Source of the DNA: Microcoleus sp.
Lineage (GTDB): Bacteria; Cyanobacteriota; Cyanobacteriia; Cyanobacteriales; Microcoleaceae
Assembly (NCBI GenBank): GCA_039922675.1
Contig: JBDTEI010000575.1
Span: 1-34,215, forward strand
Reading direction: 5' to 3'
DNA length: 34,215 nt
Part shown: positions 26,572 to 34,215 of the stretch, one piece after another
Layout: every line of letters starts with the position of its first letter
How positions within the stretch are numbered: the first letter of the stretch is position 1
The notes under the pieces: model-generated
Told to the model about the DNA's origin: nothing
The model's database searches: none
Seen by the model: the letters and a program-made list of their open reading frames with translations, nothing else
Translations under genes and position numbers: made by a program

Positions 26572-28200
26572 TTAGTTGCCAATTCCTAAACGCCCAGCTA
26601 AAGCCGGAGTCAACGGCAACAGTACAGAAATCATCAAGAACAAAGCCAACAAACCCAAAGCTGCGCGAGCGTCGTCTGGTTCAGTCAGCTCGTTGAGGCT
26701 CGGCCGCTCCAGATTCCGCTGTAAAATCAGAATCACGATCGCCCAATACAGAGCTAAAGGATTAACTAAAGAAGCGATCGCCAGCACCACAAACGTCGCC
26801 AAAGTAGCGCGACTGGCAATTTTCCGGCCGTAGATTGCTTGCACGATTCTACCCCCGTCCAACTGTCCCGCCGGCATCAAATTAATCGCCGTGATTACCA
26901 AGCCCAACCAACCGATAACTACCAGCGGATGAACATCAACAATCTGCTGCTGCAAGGCAGAACCCAAAACCACTTTGGCCAAAGTTCCCACCAAAACCGA
27001 GCCCTTAAAATATTCTGCGGGAACTTGAAACAAACTGCCGGGGTGAGAAAGTAGCAAACCAGTTACCAGCATTAGCAGAGAAATTATTCCCCCAGCGGCT
27101 GACCCGGCAAAAGCAATGTCAAACAAAACTTTACGGTTGGGAAGCAGCGACTCAAAACGATCGATCGCCCCAAAAGAACCTATCTGGAAAGTTGGTATAA
27201 AAAACGGCCAACTCAAGCCAACCTTGTACTGATTTGCCAGCACTCGGCGAGCAATTTCGCCTGAGCCTAAAACCGCCCAAATTCCGGTCGCAATTGGCAG
27301 AACTTCTAGATATCTACCAGGCGAGTTAAAGAAATCGAAACCCAGCAGCAAACCGCCTGTTTCCAAGCTAGTAGCAATTGTTGCCAGCAGCAGCACGACT
27401 GCGAGAATTTTTTGAGATAGGGTAGTTGGCTGCGGGTCGTTGGTGCTGGGTAAGATAATAACTACGGGCTTGTCGTCCTGATTTTCTACTAAAAACAGGC
27501 GGTAGCGATCGTTTAATTTTTCTTGCAAACTTGCCGTCAAACGCGAGTGTACTTGTTCCGGGTCTCCCCGGAGATTGCCTTTCAAGATTACGCCATCTTG
27601 ATAGGGAATCGTTTCTGTGGCAAAGAAAGTATCGATCCCAAAGATGCCTTTAATTGCCTTGAGGTCTTCAACTGGAACGGGAATTATTTCTAATTCATTA
27701 GTTGCAGGCGATGTGACGATCTTAATGGTTTCTTTTGCTGGTACTGGCTGTTCGTTTGGGGGGGAGTTTCCATCGCTTTGGGACTTGAACTCAGCAGGAT
27801 CGGGGCGCGACTCCAGCACTGCATCGGCTGCTGCCTTACGCAATTGCCGGCCCAGATAAATATATAATCCCGTGGATGCCACCAGCAGCAACAATACCGC
27901 AACTAGATTGAGGTAAATCCCGGCGGCGAACAAACCAAAGAACAGCAACCAGGGACTCATCAGCGCCACTGACTGCAACCAAGCCAAAATTCCCAGTTTG
28001 CCAAAAGGTTTGGCGCGATAAAATCCCCAACCCAGAATTCCCACAGCAACCAATAACAGCGCAATTGTTGCGGTATTTTCCGATGCAATTATCGGCAGTC
28101 CGGTTGCTTGCGCGAATACGGGCTTTAATTGGTCGATCGCGCTGCGGTCGAGTAATAGCATTAAATTTTGGGGTATATGAAATAGAGTTGCTGGGAACAT
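26572..28200 (-). CDS. Site-2 protease (M50, EGY-like) homologue lacking the HExxH motif
   Basis: Motifs IFGIDTFF, KGNLRG, PFFIP..QIGSFGA, FDIAFAG and INLMPAGQLDGGRI. The HExxH position reads GEIAR. The start codon is uncertain and may be downstream. Confidence 0.9.
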   Translation of the reverse strand: MFPATLFHIPQNLMLLLDRSAIDQLKPVFAQATGLPIIASENTATIALLLVAVGILGWGFYRAKPFGKLGILAWLQSVALMSPWLLFFGLFAAGIYLNLVAVLLLLVASTGLYIYLGRQLRKAAADAVLESRPDPAEFKSQSDGNSPPNEQPVPAKETIKIVTSPATNELEIIPVPVEDLKAIKGIFGIDTFFATETIPYQDGVILKGNLRGDPEQVHSRLTASLQEKLNDRYRLFLVENQDDKPVVIILPSTNDPQPTTLSQKILAVVLLLATIATSLETGGLLLGFDFFNSPGRYLEVLPIATGIWAVLGSGEIARRVLANQYKVGLSWPFFIPTFQIGSFGAIDRFESLLPNRKVLFDIAFAGSAAGGIISLLMLVTGLLLSHPGSLFQVPAEYFKGSVLVGTLAKVVLGSALQQQIVDVHPLVVIGWLGLVITAINLMPAGQLDGGRIVQAIYGRKIASRATLATFVVLAIASLVNPLALYWAIVILILQRNLERPSLNELTEPDDARAALGLLALFLMISVLLPLTPALAGRLGIGN

Positions 28201-28537
28201 TATCCAAACCTGTCCGAAACTAGCCCGATCAATAAGGATAACCCCTGAGGGCTACTCGGCCCACAATCGGCTGCTGCTGCTGTTTTAACTTCTGGGCGAT
28301 CGGCTATTGACACAAAAGTATTTTTATGATAATACATCGGCTGTGTAAAACATATACTCAGATGGGCAGGAGTGTCGATCGCCCGGAAGCGGGAAGATTG
28401 GCCCCGGCGAAAGCAGGCGGATTTGACGTGTTTCGGATTCGAGCATCCGAAACAACTGCGAAACAAACCAGGTTTCAGGCACTCTCTCGTTTTCAGCAGA
28501 AATGTCTGAAACTATTGTCCTCTATAGATTTATCTAA

Positions 28538-28611
28538 CGGGTACGGCAGGACTTGAACCTGCGGCTCGCTGCTTAGAAGGCAGCTACTCTATCCAACTGA
28601 GTTACGCACCC
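28538..28611 (-). tRNA. trnR: tRNA-Arg (anticodon TCT)
   Basis: GGGTGCG TA ACTCAGTTGGATAGAGT A GCTGC CTTCTAA GCAGC GAGCC GCAGG TTCAAGT CCTGC CGTACCC G: full cloverleaf; CCA is not encoded. Confidence 0.97.
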
Positions 28612-29580
28612 AACTCAAAAAATCGTTAACAAAATCATTGTATCGGTGGAGTGTGCGATCGAGCAAGTAAATATTTTATGACTTACCCAGAAATCGGTTC
28701 GATCTACAAAAATACGCTGTAGAGCGCGGCGCGATCGGGGGTAACAAACCAAAGTGAACTAAAGTCAAGTATTTAGAGGTAGAGTTGAAACCCAAAGATT
28801 TTGTCGATCGGATATCTCCAGAAATTAAGTCGGCGAGCTGACAGTACAAGAGTTTGACTAGATCGCCCCATACTTGACTAAAGTTACTCCTAGCGATCGA
28901 GCGCGAAGGTATTGACAGATTGGTAATCATCTGCTAATGGGAACAGGATGCAGAGATCCCAGGCTAAAAATTTTCACAAAAAGTAAACCACAGTAGATGC
29001 AAAACTGACAGGTATGCAACGCCGATCGAACCAGATGCCACGATTCAATTGGTGGAAAATAATGGTTGAACAATGGCTAAAAGCTTCAAAAGCAATAGTA
29101 ATAAGCTGACCGCCCATAGGGCGCGGGGCAGAATCTACCCCTGCGAACAAGTAGGAGCAGACTCCAGCAGGTTGAAAGAGGAAGCAGACCCTCTGAAATT
29201 ACTTGTAGTTAAATGGTGAAACGCGAGATCAGTTTAGCCAAGTTTTGTATAGCAGTTCAGCTACAGTGACTACTTTCATGATATTTAGTTATATTTCCTA
29301 ATATTCTGCTCGACTTGATATTTGAGAAAAATGTGGTAGAACTAGGATTGAAAGACTCAGGTGAAAATCCCTGATGCTACGGAGCCTATCTAATCAGCTT
29401 CTTCTAGGGCATCAAAGCAAAATAGTCAATCGCCCGATCGGCACGACCTCGAAAATCAAGCGTTGCCAGTACAGCAGTCGTAAGTTGTGCGCGGGGGAAT
29501 TTCCTTGTTGCATTAGTTTATATGCCATAGTTGAGAGATAATCTCATCTGAGATATTTGTTAGCATTTGTTAGCAAAAAA

Positions 29581-29671
29581 GTATCGGAACGCTTGAGGAG
29601 GGCAATCCTGCTAACTTAAGTAGACTCGTTGAATCAAGCATCCCCAAGCCTAAAAGCCTGGGGAGCTTCAA
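29581..29671 (+). mobile_element. Probable IS200/IS605 right-end (tnpB omegaRNA) relic
   Basis: ggaacgcttgaggag...aagtagactcgttgaatcaagcatcccc aagcctaaaagcct ggggagct TCAA. A terminal hairpin followed by TCAA resembles cyanobacterial tnpB 3' ends as recalled; no tnpA/tnpB ORF is nearby. Confidence 0.6.
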
Positions 29672-29713
29672 AAGCACAGCAACTCGGCCATGACGGAGTC
29701 AAATCGCAGTGTC

Positions 29714-30388
29714 ATGTTTATTCTGAAACGGCAGGATGTTGAAATATCCAATTTTCAACACCCAAAACGGGATCAACAAATTCCCATTCTCAATTATCAG
29801 GGGCAGACTTTTCGCCTAATCAGCGCCTTCAACGGCAAGCAAGCAGAAGACGCCAGAGCCTTGTGGCGGGATTTAACCGACAACCGAGGTAAAGCCTGCG
29901 TTCTGCTAGAAGAGCCGGATAGATACAGCGTCTGGGGAAAAGTCCGTTTAGATCAGCTTGCCGGTGAAGAACCGTCTGGTACAGAATCCGCTAAAGCACC
30001 GCTATTCGCGCAGGGCTGTCTGCTGCTGCTCCAAGCTGTTTACTTTGATGTAGAAGACCTCTTAGGCGCAAGGCAAGCCACATCGTTTCAGAAAGATATC
30101 GCCAAGGTATTTCAGCAAGGAAACTTCCCCCAGGCAGACTCCGCTGATGCGATCAAAAATTGGCTGACCGTTAGTCCCTTGCAAAATCATAAGGTGCCCC
30201 CTTGGCAAGAGCAACATCTCAAAACCTTATTGCAAGAACTTCACCGTTTGGGCAAATCATATTTTGGCAATACCGACTTCGCTGAGGGAGTGAGCGATGT
30301 GCTGCAAGATATGCCAGCACCGGATCGCACTCAGTTTCTAGATTGGCTGAAACAATCAGCCCTCAACAAGTTGTGGATCGCAGCATAG
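29714..30388 (+). CDS. Conserved cyanobacterial protein (Npun_F0813-like family)
   Basis: MFILKRQDVEI...QIPIL.YQGQTFRL...WRDLTDNRGKACVLLEEP.RYSVWGKV, recognised from memory. An alternative ATG lies at 29690. Confidence 0.7.
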   Translation: MFILKRQDVEISNFQHPKRDQQIPILNYQGQTFRLISAFNGKQAEDARALWRDLTDNRGKACVLLEEPDRYSVWGKVRLDQLAGEEPSGTESAKAPLFAQGCLLLLQAVYFDVEDLLGARQATSFQKDIAKVFQQGNFPQADSADAIKNWLTVSPLQNHKVPPWQEQHLKTLLQELHRLGKSYFGNTDFAEGVSDVLQDMPAPDRTQFLDWLKQSALNKLWIAA

Positions 30389-31133
30389 AAAATCTTTGAC
30401 AATTGCTCAGACAATTGGGCTCAGATAATCGAGCTGAGATAATAATTGCACTGTAGGGGGTAAGGGTCATGTTCAAGATGGCTTCGCCCCGGCTGTCGCC
30501 TACTATATGAAAATGCCACCGCGAACATTAAAAATGAGGGTTTAAGAATTTTAAAACTCTCGTTACGTGTGTCGGTAGCTGACGGGCCGAGAACACCAAA
30601 ACTATTTAATGTCTGGTTAGTCCAGATTTGTCGGGTTTTGGGTAAGTTTTTCATAGCGGATATACAGGTTGGATTGCCAACTTGTATCAACGGATAAAAA
30701 TGTTGAGTCGGTTTGGGGGCAGCTACAGTGTGGCAATTTAACTAAATTTCGATCGCAGTCCCAACGCACAATTATTGATATGAGTGGGGGAGTGCGAAAC
30801 AAAAAAACAGAAACCGCAACATTTGAGGGTATGATTTCAGGGATAGATTGGGTAATGTAAAAGCCTTAATGGTGAAGACATAGACCGTATTTCTATCATC
30901 AATTATTTCCGGGCAAAAGATCGACTAACGACTAATTCATTGAATTAGTAAATAGATATTATTCTTACTTAGTCTTTCTACAGTGTACGAGGGCAAAAGT
31001 CCCAACGACACGCTGAGGACGCCAGTTTTTCCGGGAGCGTCAGATCAAGGTTCTTTGGCGAAAGAATCCTCATCTACAATCAAAAATTGAGATGAGGTGC
31101 GTTCAACCGCTAGTTAGGTCTCGTGAAATCCCT

Positions 31134-32189
31134 ATGAGTAGCACTTCAGAAAAGTCATCTACATCTCCATCTTTACTGTCAGCTCAGACCCTAGTGATTG
31201 TCGGCATTGTCTGGGCTGTAGCGGCGCTGCTGTTCTTTCTGTTGTTCAGCGTCCCCCTCTCACAAGAACAGGGTTTACCGCTTTGGTATCGAATCGGCAC
31301 TTATGTTTTTGAATGCGGAGCATACCTGGGAGCGTCTTTAGTTTGTTTTAGAAACTGGAGAAGCCCGCACATGGTCAGCGGGCGCAACGTCTGGCTGGGC
31401 ATTGGTCTGGGGATGCTCTTCTATTTTATAGGCGGAGTGCTGTTCGGGATTTGGGAACTCTATTTCGAGTTAAACCCGGACGTTTCCCCAGCAGATGCCT
31501 TTTATTTGGGCAGCTACGTGCTACTGATTGGGGGCATGGTTGCCGCCGTGACTTCAAAGCGGCTGAATCTAGAAATTTGGCAGTGGGGTTTGTTAGCAGG
31601 AATTGCAGCCTTCGGAATTGCTGTAGCTATCTGGGTTGCAGCACCAAACTCTTGGAGAGTGCAGCTAGGAATGGCTCCGCCACCGAGTCTAGAAATATTG
31701 ACGGAAACCGATCCAGTAACCAAACCAACAGCCTCCGCCCCAGCTTTGAATTCGTCCAAGTCAAAGAAAAAAGGAGCGGCTGCGGCCGCTGCTGTAGAGG
31801 CACCGCAAGAAGCAGTAGAACCAACTAAAGCTCCCGCATGGGTGATTGCACTTGACGATCAACTGTCACCTTACGCCTATGCAATCAATCTATTTTACAT
31901 CGTCGGGGACGTTTTTCTGCTGATTATTGCTACTGCACTGCTGCTGGCGTTTTGGGGAGGACGTTTTTCCCAATCTTGGCGAATGATTGCGGCTGCAACT
32001 TTTTCGCTTTACGTCGCAGATATGTACTTTAAATGGCGCGATACTCAGGCTGAGGGTAGTTATCAAAGCGGTAGTTTGCTGGAAGTCTTTTTTGTTTTCA
32101 GCGCCATCCTGTTCGGAATAGGAGCTATCTTGGAACATGACATCTCAACCCGTTCTCGCCAGAGCAGGCGGAGTCGCCGCGCTGCGTAG
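31134..32189 (+). CDS. Conserved hypothetical integral membrane protein
   Basis: About 8 TM segments (WLGIGLGMLFYFIG, SPADAFYL, YIVGDVFLL, SWRMIAAA) with a central Pro/Ala/Lys-rich loop. Likely start is ATG 31134. Confidence 0.8.
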   Translation: MSSTSEKSSTSPSLLSAQTLVIVGIVWAVAALLFFLLFSVPLSQEQGLPLWYRIGTYVFECGAYLGASLVCFRNWRSPHMVSGRNVWLGIGLGMLFYFIGGVLFGIWELYFELNPDVSPADAFYLGSYVLLIGGMVAAVTSKRLNLEIWQWGLLAGIAAFGIAVAIWVAAPNSWRVQLGMAPPPSLEILTETDPVTKPTASAPALNSSKSKKKGAAAAAAVEAPQEAVEPTKAPAWVIALDDQLSPYAYAINLFYIVGDVFLLIIATALLLAFWGGRFSQSWRMIAAATFSLYVADMYFKWRDTQAEGSYQSGSLLEVFFVFSAILFGIGAILEHDISTRSRQSRRSRRAA

Positions 32190-32211
32190 CGATTGGAGAT
32201 TGGGGTTGCTT

Positions 32212-32252
32212 CGGCAAGGGATGGGAACGCGAAAGCTTTTTTGCCCTTGCCG
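32212..32252. terminator. Hairpin downstream of the membrane protein gene
   Basis: CGGCAAGGG...CCCTTGCCG, 9-bp arms with a long loop. Confidence 0.35.
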
Positions 32253-32344
32253 GCATCTGTCAACTTCCAATCGAAAATGAAAAATCACAGTTCGCCGATC
32301 GCACTTCCTGCGTCTTTTCACGTCTTTTTGCTGGAAAACTTGGC

Positions 32345-33331
32345 ATGACGCCCACAAAACTGTCCGATTCAGACAAACGGGAACTCCTCCGGCTGTACCG
32401 ACAGTCGGACGAGAATACTATCACTCTAGCCAAGCGCTACGGAGTGAGCAGTTCGACAGTGAGGCGCATCATTCAGGGCGCTTTGTCGGAGACAGAATAC
32501 GAATTTCTAGTCCAGCAAAAACAAAAGCGTTCGTCCGATCGCACTATCAGTGTTTCTGAAGGGACAGAGGCGAATGCTGAGTCGGCGACGGCCAGCGAAA
32601 GCGCCCCTGTAGATACTCCCCTGTCTGAGTCAGTCCCCATCGCGCAGTCAGCCCCAAATTCGAGGCCGACGATCCGAAAGCGTTCTGTATCAGCCGCCCA
32701 ACCTGTAGCAGAACTCGAAATTCCAGAAGCTTTACAGTCTGATTTCGATGTTTCTGGTTTACCAGATGCCCAAGCAGGAAATCTTGCCGCTCATCGCAGC
32801 CACCGTGCTGTTGTGACTGGGGAACTACAGGCAATGCTCGGTGGTGAAGATTTTAGCGATTTCGACGAAGATGAGGACGATGATGAGGATGATCGAGATG
32901 ATGACGACTTCGACGAAGATTTAGAGGATGAAGATTCTCTGTTTGAAGGAAGTCTGTTGGGTTCGATGTCGGGGGAGTCGATCGTTTTCGAGGGCTTCGC
33001 TAACGAGCTGCGGGCTACAGGGCCGATTCAAGTTTTACCTTTAAGCGAAGCGTCTCTTCCCAAAATTTGCTATTTAGTGGTCGATCGGGCGGCGGAGTTA
33101 ATCACTAGACCTCTGAAAGCTTTTGGCGAACTGGGTCAAATTCCGGCGGCAGAAATTCGCGAGAAAACCCTACCAGTGTTTGACAATCACCGAGTCGCCC
33201 GCCGATTTGCGACTCGCCATCAAAGAGTTTTCAAGATTCCCGACGGTAGACTACTGCAAAAAGCTGCGCCTTACCTGCTAGCCAAAGGGATTACTCGGCT
33301 GCTGATTGACGGTCAGGTTTACTCTGTCTAA
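32345..33331 (+). CDS. HTH-containing conserved cyanobacterial protein with an acidic tract
   Basis: N-terminal HTH (TLAKRYGVSSSTVRRII), a D/E-rich stretch, and a C-terminal domain CYLVVDRAAELITRPL...LPVFDNHRVARRF. Confidence 0.8.
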   Translation: MTPTKLSDSDKRELLRLYRQSDENTITLAKRYGVSSSTVRRIIQGALSETEYEFLVQQKQKRSSDRTISVSEGTEANAESATASESAPVDTPLSESVPIAQSAPNSRPTIRKRSVSAAQPVAELEIPEALQSDFDVSGLPDAQAGNLAAHRSHRAVVTGELQAMLGGEDFSDFDEDEDDDEDDRDDDDFDEDLEDEDSLFEGSLLGSMSGESIVFEGFANELRATGPIQVLPLSEASLPKICYLVVDRAAELITRPLKAFGELGQIPAAEIREKTLPVFDNHRVARRFATRHQRVFKIPDGRLLQKAAPYLLAKGITRLLIDGQVYSV

Positions 33332-33346
33332 AGATTCAGCAATAAC

Positions 33347-33622
33347 TTAATATTCTGCGGTCTCGGATTCTTCGGGATTTCTCTGAAATTTAGGACGCGA
33401 GTCTGGCGAATCTGACAGGTTCCACAGCGGTTGTAGCAACGCACCGCCGATCAGTCCCGCACTAATACTCATTGCCAATACTAATCCTACGGGCATTTGT
33501 ATGGATTTAAAAAAGATAAAGTTTAAGGATACTGGGGCCGCGTTCTGCACTGAGATTATGCCGATCGCGCTGGCTAAAATTGCTACTAAAAAACTAATGG
33601 CGAGCAGAGGAATTGTTTTCAT
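33347..33622 (-). CDS. LapA / DUF1049 family small membrane protein
   Basis: TM-SVQNAAPVSLNFIFFKSIQMPVGLVL-TM pattern. Confidence 0.8.
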   Translation of the reverse strand: MKTIPLLAISFLVAILASAIGIISVQNAAPVSLNFIFFKSIQMPVGLVLAMSISAGLIGGALLQPLWNLSDSPDSRPKFQRNPEESETAEY

Positions 33623-33629
33623 AAAAAAC

Positions 33630-33659
33630 TTGACAAGCTAATAATTTAACTGATATACT
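33630..33659 (+). promoter_or_regulatory. Near-consensus sigma70-type promoter
   Basis: TTGACA-N18-TATACT with TG at the extended -10 position. Confidence 0.45.
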
Positions 33660-33718
33660 TTTTTCATAATTGAAATCCGTGTAAAAATATTATTTTTTTA
33701 ACCATCCAATTATATAAT

Positions 33719-33748
33719 AATATACTACAAACTCCTGGGAAAAGTCAA
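33719..33748 (-). promoter_or_regulatory. Putative promoter for the LapA-like gene
   Basis: Minus-strand TTGACT-N18-TATATT, about 100 bp upstream of the ATG at 33622; AT-rich context lowers confidence. Confidence 0.35.
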
Positions 33749-33808
33749 GTAGGTACAAAAAAATAGATTTTTTTTCAATCTTTTTTAAAATAAAAATATT
33801 TAATAAAA

Positions 33809-34042
33809 TTACAAGTCCCAAATTTTAAGAAGTCCAACTGTATTGCAAGTATATAATTGGCTGCCAAAAGCAACTGCATAAGTCCAACCTCGAAAACCCG
33901 AGAAACACTGTAATTTCTCTCTTGAGTTTAGGTTCCACAAGCGGGTTCCAGCGTGGTCGGTGGGAGACAGTAAATAGTTACCGTTTAAACCCACATTCCG
34001 CAGATATTCAGACAAATTTAATAATTTTAAATTTTGAGGCAT
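33809..34042 (-). pseudogene. WD40-repeat C-terminal fragment
   Basis: YLLS..DHAGTRLWNL...FSGFRGWTYAVAF...LLKIWDL: about two degenerate WD repeats, abutting an IS. Confidence 0.55.
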
Positions 34043-34126
34043 GAAACCCTGAAATAAATACCTAGCAAAAATTTTAAGTTTTGCTAAGATTAGATAATAG
34101 AGTCAGCAACACAGGTGTAAAAAATC

Positions 34127-34215
34127 ATGAATCAGCCCCAAGACGAAATTAAAGTCCTCAATATAGACCATTTAGGAATAATAGCCGGAATTATCGATGA
34201 AATGGAACTGGTAGA
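34127..34215 (+). mobile_element. IS1634 family transposase, 5' end (DUF4277-like), runs off the window
   Basis: Hand translation MNQPQDEIKVLNIDHLGIIAGIIDEMELV, matching the DHLG.IAGIIDE signature. Confidence 0.85.

Noticed and set aside
28429-28512. Two hairpins downstream of the tRNA as a novel ncRNA
   Set aside because: More simply explained as tRNA trailer or terminator structures; no other support.
28538-28611. tRNA-Arg as the integration site of an island
   Set aside because: No duplicated tRNA 3' end or integrase was seen in the window (checked by eye only).

Overview
Chromosomal window from a filamentous cyanobacterium, probably Oscillatoriales/Microcoleus-like. This is inferred from the many HIP1 GCGATCGC octamers, heptameric STRR repeats, REP-like palindromes and cyanobacteria-specific families (Uma2, Pilin_GH, Npun_F0813-like). 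The centrepiece (4.8-15.6 kb) is a potassium locus: a divergent 4-TM histidine kinase plus NarL/LuxR response regulator, then a stand-alone RCK_C(TrkA-C)-like ORF, kdpA with a 77-aa Pro/Thr/Ser repeat tail, kdpB, kdpG (KdpF-like), kdpC, a kinase-less kdpD (KdpD+Usp domains) and a CPA1 cation/H+ antiporter. To its left are a partial DUF4436-like gene, a carotenoid oxygenase, a folate/biopterin transporter, a secreted hypothetical and an Rpn fragment. To its right are Uma2, a SAM methyltransferase, a cupin, an ArsB/NhaD-type anion permease, a decayed IS630, two pilin G/H-like genes (one frameshifted), a GH13 amylase, a PIN-like protein, an M50 site-2 protease lacking HExxH, tRNA-Arg(UCU), a probable IS200/IS605 right-end (omegaRNA) relic, conserved hypotheticals and the start of an IS1634 transposase. 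The best candidate for an under-described system is a split KdpD rewired to a NarL-type regulator, with a visible 7-2-7 operator pair and two possible c-di-AMP-binding modules. All family calls come from motif recognition by eye; no searches were run.
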